Assembly: GCA_028383925.1 (NCBI GenBank)
Contig: JAOEWO010000007.1
Location: 15,164 to 79,163, forward strand
Reading direction: 5' to 3'
From: Winogradskyella sp.
Lineage (GTDB): Bacteria; Bacteroidota; Bacteroidia; Flavobacteriales; Flavobacteriaceae
Length of the DNA: 64,000 bases
Shown: piece after piece, positions 11,224 through 20,749 of the stretch
How the letters are laid out: the number at the start of each line of letters is the position of its first letter
Position numbering within the stretch: the first letter of the stretch is position 1
Notes under the pieces: model-generated
Seen by the model: the letters and a program-made list of their open reading frames with translations, nothing else
Database searches by the model: none
Told to the model about the DNA's origin: nothing
Translations under genes and position numbers: made by a program

Positions 11224-13458
11224 TTACTTTATTCTGTATCGCAAACCTGCATAATACATATTTCCAAAAATTGGGCCATACACAAAGTTACTATCAAAAT
11301 TTGAACTAAACGGATTATCTGGACTAATAATTGGGTTTGGCTGACGTACATTTGTTACATTTTCACCTCCAAAATAGATTTCAAACTTAGAAGAAAACAC
11401 TTTAGTAATCTGTAAGTTTAATGTACCTACAGTTGGTGAGTAATCATTTAATTGAAACTCTACAGCGCTTAAATCTGTACTCGGAAAACGCTGAGAATCT
11501 AACCAATTGTATGTCGCATCAAATTTCCATTGCGCCCCACTTTCTTTTGCATTGGTTTCGTAAGACGCATTAGCAAACACACGATGTTGAGGTATGAGGG
11601 GTTTTTCTAGTTGACCAGATGTGTAATCTGTTTTAATATCATAATACTTATAAGCTGTTCTAATATCGAGATTATCGAAGAGGTTATAGTTAAACTCAAA
11701 CTGAAAACTATTAGCATAGCTCTCTCCTTCAAGATTATAAAAATTAATTTCAAACGGGTTTTCCCAATCTACCACCACTTGATTCTGAAAATCGGTTCTA
11801 TAGAAATCAAACGTGATATCAGCTTTTCTATCAAAAAGATTAAAACCTTGAAGATAGCTTATACCATAATTCCAGGCAATTTCAGGATCTAAACCATATA
11901 TTTTTCCACCAGCATCTGTAATATTGATTTGTCTAGAGCTCGAAAACATATTCTGATTTTCTGCAAATATATTTGCACTACGTTTTCCTCTTCCTACCGA
12001 AAAGCGTAATGCTGATTTTTCCCAAGGTGTATAGCGCAAATGAAAACGTGGTGTTATAAAAAAGCCAAGTCTATTGTGTTGATCTGCTCTTAAACCTGCA
12101 GTAAAGGTTAATTTATCTAAATCGTCGTAAGCATACTCAAAAAAGGCACCAACAGAATTCTCTGTGCGCTCATAAGCATCTGTGTTTACCAACTCATCAT
12201 AATGATCAAAAGTAAAACTCACACCTGTTTTTACTTTATGGCGTGAATCTGAAATAATACTATTGTAGACTAAGTTAGAGTAGAAACTATTGTGCCTAAT
12301 ATCATAGGTGTTTAGACCAAAATAAGACTCTTGCTTATGGTGACTAAAGGCGGTTTGAAAGCCTAAACTTTGGTATGGTATTTCTGGATTAACATACCCT
12401 AATTTTGTAGTAACCTCAAAACGTTCTGTATCTATTTCACTTCCCCAAAAATTGGTAGTTCCGCTGTCTCTATCTGGATCGAAATCTAATTGACCCGATT
12501 GTGTATTATCATTTAAGTATCTCAAATTAATAAAACTCACCACCCCTTTTTCACCGTTGGTATATTGCCAACGATTCATAATATTAATTTGTTCTTTTAG
12601 CGGAACATCTAAAAAACTATCATCATTATTATCAAACTTTTGGTTTCTCAGATTGCCATGTAGATACAAACCAGTACTCCATTTGTCTGAAACTTGTTGA
12701 TTAATATGCGTGTTCAACTCTAAGCGTCCGTTTGCACCAGCAAAAGCATTTACAAATAATGGATCATCTGTTGTTGGCTTTACCATTTCTGCATTAATCT
12801 GCCCTGCAATACTTTCAAAACCATTAACTACACTACCAGAACCTTTTGTGATTTGAATACTTTCTACCCAAGTACCTGGAATAAAACTTAAGCCATAGGC
12901 CTGAGACGCACCACGAATTGCAGGTACATTCTCGGTTGTAATTAATATGTAAGGAGAATTAAGTCCCAACATTTTTATTTGTCGTGTACCCGAAACGGCA
13001 TCTGCAAAATTAACATCTATAGAGGGGTTAGTTTCAAAACTTTCAGAGAGATTACAACACGCTGCTTTTAAAAGTTCGTCACTACTTACAAAAAGAGTGT
13101 TTGCCGCTTTTAAATAAGATCTTGAAGTCGCCTTTTTTCTAGATGTTACAGTTACGGTATCTAGCTCATCTGATGCTTGGAGTACATGCTTTATATACGT
13201 GTTCTTAGTAACGGTTATTGTATCGGTTTTAAAACCAACATAGCTAATTACTAGCTTACTGTAAGAAAATTTATAGGGCAGCGTAAATGTGCCATCATCA
13301 TTGGTTATAGTACCAATGGTAGAATTTGCCCAATACACATTGGCGCCTGGCAACGGACTTTCTTTAGCGCTACTCGCTTCTAAAATTATACCTTTTAACT
13401 GTTCTTGTGATACCGCAAACAAGGGTAGCAAAAGCAATAAAATTATTGACTTTTTCAT
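11224..13458 (-). CDS. TonB-dependent receptor with a Cys-Cys plug motif (heavy-metal associated)
   Basis: N-terminal carboxypeptidase-regulatory-like domain, plug KAACCNLSESFETN, IQITKGSGSV, beta-barrel ending YAGLRYRIK. Confidence 0.9.
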   Translation of the reverse strand: MKKSIILLLLLPLFAVSQEQLKGIILEASSAKESPLPGANVYWANSTIGTITNDDGTFTLPYKFSYSKLVISYVGFKTDTITVTKNTYIKHVLQASDELDTVTVTSRKKATSRSYLKAANTLFVSSDELLKAACCNLSESFETNPSIDVNFADAVSGTRQIKMLGLNSPYILITTENVPAIRGASQAYGLSFIPGTWVESIQITKGSGSVVNGFESIAGQINAEMVKPTTDDPLFVNAFAGANGRLELNTHINQQVSDKWSTGLYLHGNLRNQKFDNNDDSFLDVPLKEQINIMNRWQYTNGEKGVVSFINLRYLNDNTQSGQLDFDPDRDSGTTNFWGSEIDTERFEVTTKLGYVNPEIPYQSLGFQTAFSHHKQESYFGLNTYDIRHNSFYSNLVYNSIISDSRHKVKTGVSFTFDHYDELVNTDAYERTENSVGAFFEYAYDDLDKLTFTAGLRADQHNRLGFFITPRFHLRYTPWEKSALRFSVGRGKRSANIFAENQNMFSSSRQINITDAGGKIYGLDPEIAWNYGISYLQGFNLFDRKADITFDFYRTDFQNQVVVDWENPFEINFYNLEGESYANSFQFEFNYNLFDNLDIRTAYKYYDIKTDYTSGQLEKPLIPQHRVFANASYETNAKESGAQWKFDATYNWLDSQRFPSTDLSAVEFQLNDYSPTVGTLNLQITKVFSSKFEIYFGGENVTNVRQPNPIISPDNPFSSNFDSNFVYGPIFGNMYYAGLRYRIK

Positions 13459-14180
13459 AAGCTCATTGTTTTAGATAGCATTACTAGTGCCATTAGTATC
13501 ATTATGGTATTCTCTATAAATGTGGCTTTTGTCATTGGTAACTTTAAAGCTGTACCAAGACAAGCACATTGAATCGTTGTTTTATTAAGTAGTGTTTTGG
13601 TAACACCAAACGTTGTAATACCTAAAACAACTAGCGTAATTATTAGTGCTATATTTACTTGAAAATGCATTAAAAACATAAGACCTAAGGCAACTTCTAT
13701 AAAAGGATAAACCCAACCATAAGCTGGAATTGCCTTAGCCAAAGGATCGTACATTTTGAAACTCTCTGGAAAACCTTTAAGATCGAGTAACTTAAAAAAG
13801 CTAAAAACAATATAAAATAAGCCCATAAAATCGAGCATAAACCCATCTAAATTAAATGGGTTTCTATTCAATAATACTGAGGCTATGACCAAATAACCTA
13901 AAATTAAGATTAATGGAAATAATTGTTTTAATTCACTTTGATTCTGAATTTCGGTTTTACTAAACGTGTTAACCTGTATACGTTCTGAAATTTTAAATTT
14001 ATCGGAAAGCACCGATTGAAGCGTCGTAAGATCTACGTGTGCTTTCATTTTTAAGGTTGCAGTATGTGCTTTTAGGTCTACTAACGCATTCTCTACACTT
14101 GGTAATGCAGAAAGCGCCTCTTCAACCGAAGATTTACAACCGTTACAAGTCATACCTGTAACATTATATGTGTGTGTCAT
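13455..14180 (-). CDS. HMA domain fused to a MauE/DoxX-like membrane domain
   Basis: GMTCNGC at the N-terminus; TM region with YDPLA, YPFIE and IQCACLG; 4-nt ATGA overlap with the receptor gene. Confidence 0.85.
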   Translation of the reverse strand: MTHTYNVTGMTCNGCKSSVEEALSALPSVENALVDLKAHTATLKMKAHVDLTTLQSVLSDKFKISERIQVNTFSKTEIQNQSELKQLFPLILILGYLVIASVLLNRNPFNLDGFMLDFMGLFYIVFSFFKLLDLKGFPESFKMYDPLAKAIPAYGWVYPFIEVALGLMFLMHFQVNIALIITLVVLGITTFGVTKTLLNKTTIQCACLGTALKLPMTKATFIENTIMILMALVMLSKTMSL

Positions 14181-14250
14181 TTGTTTAAATTTGAAATATT
14201 GATACTTAATACGTAATGGCTAAGCCACTAGTTATAAAATTTCAAATGCA

Positions 14251-14667
14251 TCAAATTAAATAAGTCTGGTCTAAGACTTGAATGTCTTTGATGAGTAATG
14301 GTGGAGAATAATCGTCTAATTGATATACCGAAGATGGTAATGTTTCAAATAAATTAATATACGAGTAGCTATATGCAAATAATACTTGCTGCTGTATGTC
14401 TTCTAAATCTTCAAAAGTATTTGTAGTTAATTGGTCTAAGCCTTCAATGACATCAACCTCATCTTTACAACATGTTTTTTTAACAGTTTCAGCAGTATCA
14501 ATAACAGAAACGACATCGTCTGCACATTTTTCAATTTGCGTAAATACAGCAACATCAATAAGCACACCACCACAGAAGTGTTTTTCTATCGTTAACGAAA
14601 ACGTAGAAAACAGCACCACCAACGATAGTATTACTGAAAAAACTTTATGTGTTTTTAAAAAATTCAC
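14251..14667 (-). CDS. HYC_CC_PP family protein
   Basis: TM/signal followed by HFCGG, CCKDE and YSPP motifs; GTG start; heads the heavy-metal cluster. Confidence 0.82.
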   Translation of the reverse strand: MNFLKTHKVFSVILSLVVLFSTFSLTIEKHFCGGVLIDVAVFTQIEKCADDVVSVIDTAETVKKTCCKDEVDVIEGLDQLTTNTFEDLEDIQQQVLFAYSYSYINLFETLPSSVYQLDDYSPPLLIKDIQVLDQTYLI

Positions 14668-14671
14668 ATTG

Positions 14672-14679
14672 CAAATTTA
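14672..14679 (-). promoter_or_regulatory. -7 element only 4 nt before the GTG start (probable leaderless mRNA)
   Basis: Minus strand reads TAAATTTG-CAAT-GTG. Confidence 0.6.
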
Positions 14680-14717
14680 CAAAATTCTAAAAGATCTTGT
14701 TTTATATTAAACCATTA

Positions 14718-15146
14718 TTAACGTTTTAACCTATGGTAATAAAATGCAGGAAGCAGAACAAGTATTAGTATGGGATGTATTAGAAACCTTCTAAAATTAA
14801 AAAACAGATAATAGTCTTCTTGCTTAGGGTTTAATACAAAATAGAGAAATGCCACCATTAAAAACACATAAGCAATTGTGTATATTAAAACTGAAAATTT
14901 AATTATACTTTTTTCTCTAAAGGTGAGATATAAAATACCTAGCGAGGTAACTGTATTTAGCAAATACCTTAAACTTGTATAAAGTATAAGTTTAGCAACT
15001 TCGCGTCTAGGGTTGTCTATGTAGAGGTAATCATTCTCAAAAAAAACCAGATAGGGATCATAAAATAAAATGGTCTCGTAGGCGCGTATAAGAACTAATA
15101 CTAGAAATAGAACTACTATACATAAGTATCTGGCTAGGTTAGGCAT
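14718..15146 (-). CDS. Exosortase F system-associated membrane protein
   Basis: LFYDP, LRYLLN, FNFRRFLIHP, LLPAFYY; 1-nt overlap with xrtF. Confidence 0.85.
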   Translation of the reverse strand: MPNLARYLCIVVLFLVLVLIRAYETILFYDPYLVFFENDYLYIDNPRREVAKLILYTSLRYLLNTVTSLGILYLTFREKSIIKFSVLIYTIAYVFLMVAFLYFVLNPKQEDYYLFFNFRRFLIHPILILVLLPAFYYHRLKR

Positions 15147-15691
15147 TATTTTTTGCTTTTTTTAGAAAATTGATTAACCCAAAACATCCATAGTAAAAAA
15201 ACAGTACCATAAATAAGTAACGGAAATATAACAGAGTGCAACACTTCTTTTCGCCATGGATAATGATACAGCCCTACAGACAAGACAACAATACGAATAA
15301 GATTAAAAGTATAGATAATAGCACTACCTACAAAACAGTATAAAAGTGTCGTTTTAAATTTACCAGCAAAAGCAACAATAAATGCTAAAAACAAAATAAT
15401 AACACTTACACCATTACACCCTTCTACAACTCTACCAAGATATTTTCCGTTTACAATTAGCTGTATTGAAGCTTCTTTTGGATGCGGTAGAATAGACGCA
15501 TTATAACCAATATCGTTAAGTAAGGTATTGGTTTGTTTTGCTACTAAGTTTGTAATATAATCTGGGTAATACAAAGTACCATCTGACAGATTTAAATATA
15601 AGTTGTACACAAGTGTTAAAACGACGTAAACCAACAGAAATGTAATAATAAATCTATTAACGTGTTTGTATTGTTTTAATAATGCTTTCAA
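15146..15691 (-). CDS. xrtF: Exosortase family protein XrtF
   Basis: VVEGCNG (catalytic Cys), NLIRI (Arg), HSVIFPLLIYG (His); TTG start. Confidence 0.88.
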   Translation of the reverse strand: MKALLKQYKHVNRFIITFLLVYVVLTLVYNLYLNLSDGTLYYPDYITNLVAKQTNTLLNDIGYNASILPHPKEASIQLIVNGKYLGRVVEGCNGVSVIILFLAFIVAFAGKFKTTLLYCFVGSAIIYTFNLIRIVVLSVGLYHYPWRKEVLHSVIFPLLIYGTVFLLWMFWVNQFSKKSKK

Positions 15692-15786
15692 AAAAAATAA
15701 GTAATGTTAGTTTGTTGTTAAATTTATAAAAACCACGTTTTATAACAGTGTATTTTAAATACTTTTACCAAAAAATTTAAAAACCC

Positions 15787-16245
15787 ATGACACTACAAGA
15801 ATTAAAACCCCAAATAAAAGCTATTATTTCTAGAGACAATCTAAGTGTTGATGAACGTTTAATGCACATTTGTGAAACGCTAGAAACCAATATAGCCTAT
15901 TACAATTGGGTTGGTTTTTATTTTAAAAATGGTGATAAAGACGAACTAAAACTTGGGCCTTATTTTGGTGAACCTACAGACCACATTATTATACCATTTG
16001 GTAAAGGCATTTGTGGACAAGTTGCTGTTAGTAATCAAAATTTTGTAGTGCCAGATGTTGCAGCACAAGACAATTATATTGCTTGTAGCATTACGGTAAA
16101 GGCAGAAATTGTAATTCCTATTTTTGTAAATGGTCAAAACATGGGGCAAATAGATATAGATTCTAATACACCAGATCCGTTTACAGAGGCAGATGAACGC
16201 TTTTTAGAGTTTGTTTGTAAAGAAGTGTCTAAACTTATATCATAA
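15787..16245 (+). CDS. GAF-domain protein, free methionine-R-sulfoxide reductase (MsrC) family
   Basis: NWVGFY, LGPYFG, GKGICG, YIACS, EIVIPI, IDIDS. Confidence 0.82.
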   Translation: MTLQELKPQIKAIISRDNLSVDERLMHICETLETNIAYYNWVGFYFKNGDKDELKLGPYFGEPTDHIIIPFGKGICGQVAVSNQNFVVPDVAAQDNYIACSITVKAEIVIPIFVNGQNMGQIDIDSNTPDPFTEADERFLEFVCKEVSKLIS

Positions 16246-16251
16246 AACAGA

Positions 16252-17505
16252 TTACATCCCTGTTCTTATAGCTTCAACAGGGTCTAGTCTAGATGCAGAC
16301 AATGCCGGAATAACACCAGATATTAATCCTATAAACGAAGCAATTAGAAAACCTATAAGCATATTCTGAAACGACAATATAAATTCAAAATCATCAGAAA
16401 AACTGTTTCCTGCCAACGTACCTAACCAGACTAAGAGCAAACCAATAAGTCCACCAACTACAGCTAGTATTATAGCTTCAAATAAAAATTGAAACAAAAT
16501 AAATCTGTTTTTTGCGCCTAATGATTTCTGAATTCCGATAAGGTTAGTCCGCTCTTTTACACTCACAAACATAATATTTGCAATACCAAAACCACCTACT
16601 AATAATGAGAAACCACTAATAATCCACCCTATTAAATTCATAGTACCAATAATACCATCAATAGCATCTTGCAAACCAGAAATAACCGTTAAAAAAAACG
16701 AATCTATCTCATCGGGTTTAATACCACGTTTATTTCTTAATACTTGGGTAATTTCGGCTTTTAAGCCTTCTATATCAATATCTGCTTTAGGTTTAATAAT
16801 TACAATATTTCTAAAGTTAGAATTATTATCACCATATCTGTTTCGCACATAATTAGCTGGCAAAAAAATAGAAATATCATTACTATCACCAAATAAGCCC
16901 GAACCTTGCTTTTTCACAACACCTATAACCGTAAATTTCTGACCATAGAGTCGCACTTTTTTACCGATAGGCTCAAATTCGCCAAACAACGATTTTGCTA
17001 TTTCAGATCCAATCACTACAACTGGCCTGCCTGCATTAGACTCAGATTCGGTATAAAATCTTCCTTTTTCAAATTCTAAAACCTGAATATCTGTAAACTC
17101 ATTTGAAACCACGACAGTATTAACACTACTAACAAGTTCAGACTCGTACCTAATGTTTTCGCGTTTTACAAACAACTGAAACGCTATATGCTCTGCGCCA
17201 GACACATTAGACTTAAGGTGCTTGTATTCGTTAAAAGAAATTTCGTCAAACTGTTCTCGTTTCCAACGCGGCACATCAGTTGGGCCAAAAGAGAAACTAG
17301 CTAAATACATGGTATTGCTGTCTAAAGAGTTTAATTGAGATTTAATTTGCTTGTCTAAAGAATCTACAGCAGCTAAAACTGCTATAATTGAGAATATACC
17401 AATAGTAACGCCCAGTAACGACAAAAACGTCCTAAGTTTATTGTTACGTAAAGCATTAAAGGCAAAAGAAAAACTTTCTTTAAATAAACGGAGATATAAA
17501 AACAT
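16252..17505 (-). CDS. MacB/FtsX-family ABC transporter permease, copy 2
   Basis: LRTFLSLLGVTIG, GIANIMFVSVKERTNLIGIQKSLGA, ASRLDPVEAIR. Confidence 0.92.
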   Translation of the reverse strand: MFLYLRLFKESFSFAFNALRNNKLRTFLSLLGVTIGIFSIIAVLAAVDSLDKQIKSQLNSLDSNTMYLASFSFGPTDVPRWKREQFDEISFNEYKHLKSNVSGAEHIAFQLFVKRENIRYESELVSSVNTVVVSNEFTDIQVLEFEKGRFYTESESNAGRPVVVIGSEIAKSLFGEFEPIGKKVRLYGQKFTVIGVVKKQGSGLFGDSNDISIFLPANYVRNRYGDNNSNFRNIVIIKPKADIDIEGLKAEITQVLRNKRGIKPDEIDSFFLTVISGLQDAIDGIIGTMNLIGWIISGFSLLVGGFGIANIMFVSVKERTNLIGIQKSLGAKNRFILFQFLFEAIILAVVGGLIGLLLVWLGTLAGNSFSDDFEFILSFQNMLIGFLIASFIGLISGVIPALSASRLDPVEAIRTGM

Positions 17506-17578
17506 TAGCCATTTCTTATTTAATTTTGAAAGATAATGGCTTTTCTATTATTAAGGTGTTACAAAAAGCATAAATATA

Positions 17579-18829
17579 TTACATACCTGTTCTAATAGCC
17601 TCAACAGGATCTAAACGTGATGCTGTTATTGCAGGAATTATACCCGATATAAGACCAATTACAGTAGAGAGGAAAAAGCCTAAGAACATGTTACCAAAAG
17701 ACAGAATAAATTCAAAATCTTCTACTAAACCATTCATAACTAATGAAATTAAATACACAAACAACAAACCAACCAAGCCACCAACAACAGCAAGTATCGT
17801 TGCTTCAAATAAAAATTGAAACAAAATAAATCTGTTTTTTGCGCCTAACGATTTCTGAATTCCTATAAGATTTGTACGTTCTTTTACACTCACAAACATA
17901 ATATTAGCAATACCAAAACCGCCAACAAGTAATGAAAACCCACTAATTAGCCAACCAGCACCATTAAGCACCGAAATAATTCCGTCAATAAAAGACATTA
18001 AACCTGCTATTTTATTTACAAAAAAATCATCTTCTTCGTCTGCCTTTAAACCTCTAAACACTCTCACTTTTTGTTTTAGTACTTGCTCAAAACCATCTAT
18101 ATCTACACCTGCTTTTGGTTTAATAGCTACTGCGCCTGGCAAACCACCTATACCACCATTTTTAAAACGTCTCACAAAATTTGCAGGCACAAAAGCCTTA
18201 TCATCTGGCGAGTCACCAAAACCTGAGCCTATTTTTTTTAATGTACCAATAACTGTTAATTTTCTGCCATAAACACGCACTTGCTTACCTATTGGATTAA
18301 CGGTACCAAATAAATTTTCTGCCAAATTTGAACCAACAACTATAACTGGTGCACCAGTATCTGATTCTAATTCAGAATAAAAGCGTCCATTTTCTATTTT
18401 TAAATCGTCAATTTCATAAATACCATGAGATACTGGTGTTACATTAACGTTACCAACAGTTTCTGCTTGATACCTTATGGTTTCATTACCACCAAATATA
18501 ACATAAGCAGAAGCTTCTATATTGGGTACATTTCTTTTAATAAACTCGTAATCATCATAACCCGTTTGAGGGTAATTATCGCGTTTCCATCGTGGTATGT
18601 CTGTTGGGCCAAAAGAATACTTAGAAATATAGATAGTGTTTTTATCTAAACCAGATAAACTATCTTTTATATTTTTATCTAAAGAATCTACTGCAGCCAA
18701 AACCGCAATAATTGAAAAAATACCTACTGTGACGCCCAAAAGAGACAAAAACGTTCGTAATTTATTATTTCTAAGTGCGTTTAACGCAAAAGAAAAACTC
18801 TCTTTAAAGACTCTTAAATAGACAAGCAT
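17579..18829 (-). CDS. MacB/FtsX-family ABC transporter permease, copy 1
   Basis: Same motifs; tandem paralog of 16252-17505. Confidence 0.92.
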   Translation of the reverse strand: MLVYLRVFKESFSFALNALRNNKLRTFLSLLGVTVGIFSIIAVLAAVDSLDKNIKDSLSGLDKNTIYISKYSFGPTDIPRWKRDNYPQTGYDDYEFIKRNVPNIEASAYVIFGGNETIRYQAETVGNVNVTPVSHGIYEIDDLKIENGRFYSELESDTGAPVIVVGSNLAENLFGTVNPIGKQVRVYGRKLTVIGTLKKIGSGFGDSPDDKAFVPANFVRRFKNGGIGGLPGAVAIKPKAGVDIDGFEQVLKQKVRVFRGLKADEEDDFFVNKIAGLMSFIDGIISVLNGAGWLISGFSLLVGGFGIANIMFVSVKERTNLIGIQKSLGAKNRFILFQFLFEATILAVVGGLVGLLFVYLISLVMNGLVEDFEFILSFGNMFLGFFLSTVIGLISGIIPAITASRLDPVEAIRTGM

Positions 18830-18860
18830 AGCTTAGTTGGTTTACTATATTATACATATT

Positions 18861-18887
18861 AGACGTTGTCAACAATTCATTGTTACA
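18861..18887 (-). promoter_or_regulatory. ECF-sigma-type promoter upstream of the permease pair
   Basis: Minus strand TGTAAC-N16-CGTCT, about 30 nt before the ATG. Confidence 0.55.
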
Positions 18888-18939
18888 AAAAAGTTGAATA
18901 AAGTACTTTTTACAGGAAGAACTTCTTTACGAATATCCT

Positions 18940-18947
18940 TATTTTTG
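18940..18947 (+). promoter_or_regulatory. -7 element for purH
   Basis: TATTTTTG followed by C, 26 nt before the ATG. Confidence 0.65.
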
Positions 18948-18973
18948 CGGCATCTAAATTACAACACAACACT

Positions 18974-20503
18974 ATGAGCAACAAGACCATTTCATCTGCA
19001 CTAATTTCCGTTTTCAGTAAAGATGGATTAGCACCAATTGTAAAAAAATTAAACGCCCTTAATGTTACCATATATTCTACTGGTGGTACAGAAAAATTTA
19101 TAAAAGACTTAGGTATTGCTGTCGTACCTGTTGAAGATGTTACGTCTTACCCATCGATTCTTGGTGGTCGTGTAAAGACATTACATCCAAAAGTTTTTGG
19201 TGGTATTTTAAACCGTCAAAACCATGAAGGTGATGTTGCAGAATTAGCAGAATTTGAAATTCCGCAAATAGACGTTGTCATTGTTGACCTCTACCCTTTT
19301 GAAAAAACGGTAGCATCTGGCGCAAGCAACCAAGATATTATTGAAAAAATTGATATAGGTGGTATTTCTTTAATTAGAGCTGCTGCTAAAAATTATGAAG
19401 ACGTTACTTGTGTATCTTCTGTTGATGATTATGCTGAGTTTTTAGAGTTATTAGAAACTAAAAACGGAGACACATCTTACGACGACCGTAAACGTTTTGC
19501 TGCAAAAGCATTTAATGTGTCTTCGCATTACGACTCTGCCATATTTAACTACTTTAATAAAGACAACAGCGAAACTGTTTTAAAAATTAGCGAAACAAAA
19601 GGTAAAACACTTCGTTATGGCGAAAATCCACACCAAAAAGGATTTTTCTTCGGAGAATTTGATGATATATTTACAAAGCTTCATGGTAAGGAATTAAGCT
19701 ATAACAATCTTTTAGACGTTGATGCTGCTGTAAATTTAATGCTCGAATTTAAGAATGACGCACCAACTTTTGCTGTTTTAAAACACAATAATGCCTGTGG
19801 TTTAGCACAACGCGACACACTACACCAAGCTTATGTAGATGCATTAGCTGGTGATCCTGTTTCTGCTTTTGGTGGTGTTTTAATTAGCAATACCGAGATT
19901 GATGCCGCAACAGCAACCGAAATACACAAATTATTTTGCGAAGTCGTTATTGCACCATCTTTTTCTAATGACGCACTAGATATTCTTAAAGGAAAGAAAA
20001 ATAGAATTCTTTTAATTCTAAAAGATATAGACATGCCACAAACAAACGTTAGAAGTTGTTTAAATGGTATCTTAGTACAAGACAGAAATAATATTACAGA
20101 CACCTTAGAAGGTTTAACATCTGTAACAGATAAAACAGCAACTAAAGCTGAGTTAGATGATTTAATATTTGCTTCAAAAATATGTAAGCATACAAAATCT
20201 AACACCATAGTACTAGCAAAAAATAAACAACTTTGTGCTAGTGGTACTGGGCAAACTAGCCGTGTAGATGCTTTAAACCAAGCTATTCATAAAGCAAAAT
20301 CTTTTAATTTTAATTTAGATGGAGCCGTTATGGCAAGTGATGCATTTTTTCCGTTTCCGGATTGTGTAGAAATAGCTGATAACGCAGGTATTTCTGCAGT
20401 TATACAACCAGGAGGTTCAATAAAAGATGAATTAAGCATTAACTATTGTAATGCAAATAATGTAGCCATGGTATTTACAGGGACACGTCATTTTAAGCAC
20501 TAA
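18974..20503 (+). CDS. purH: Bifunctional AICAR transformylase/IMP cyclohydrolase
   Basis: GGRVKTLHP, IDIGG, LRYGENPHQ, KHNNACG, ASDAFFPFPD, RHFKH. Confidence 0.98.
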   Translation: MSNKTISSALISVFSKDGLAPIVKKLNALNVTIYSTGGTEKFIKDLGIAVVPVEDVTSYPSILGGRVKTLHPKVFGGILNRQNHEGDVAELAEFEIPQIDVVIVDLYPFEKTVASGASNQDIIEKIDIGGISLIRAAAKNYEDVTCVSSVDDYAEFLELLETKNGDTSYDDRKRFAAKAFNVSSHYDSAIFNYFNKDNSETVLKISETKGKTLRYGENPHQKGFFFGEFDDIFTKLHGKELSYNNLLDVDAAVNLMLEFKNDAPTFAVLKHNNACGLAQRDTLHQAYVDALAGDPVSAFGGVLISNTEIDAATATEIHKLFCEVVIAPSFSNDALDILKGKKNRILLILKDIDMPQTNVRSCLNGILVQDRNNITDTLEGLTSVTDKTATKAELDDLIFASKICKHTKSNTIVLAKNKQLCASGTGQTSRVDALNQAIHKAKSFNFNLDGAVMASDAFFPFPDCVEIADNAGISAVIQPGGSIKDELSINYCNANNVAMVFTGTRHFKH

Positions 20504-20524
20504 AGAAAAACACTTTAAAGCAAT

Positions 20525-20553
20525 AAAAAGAGCGCCAATTGGTGCTCTTTTTT
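20525..20553 (+). terminator. Intrinsic terminator after purH
   Basis: AAAAAGAGCGCC-aatt-GGTGCTCTTTTTT. Confidence 0.85.
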
Positions 20554-20749
20554 AGTTTAGTCAAGGTTACAATTGTTACAAAAACAAAGTTTATAGCCAT
20601 ATAATAAGCTGTAAAAAGAAACAAAACAGAAATGCTGTTTACACAAAAAATGCAACAAATTGATAATAGTTGTATTAACTACGTATTTATTTATTAGATT
20701 TATTACTTTTACATATAAGTTTTTTAACCCGATATAATTATAACAGCAC

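Noticed and set aside
18830-18973. ZTP or purine riboswitch upstream of purH
   Set aside because: The -7 element leaves a leader of only about 20 nt; no aptamer-like sequence
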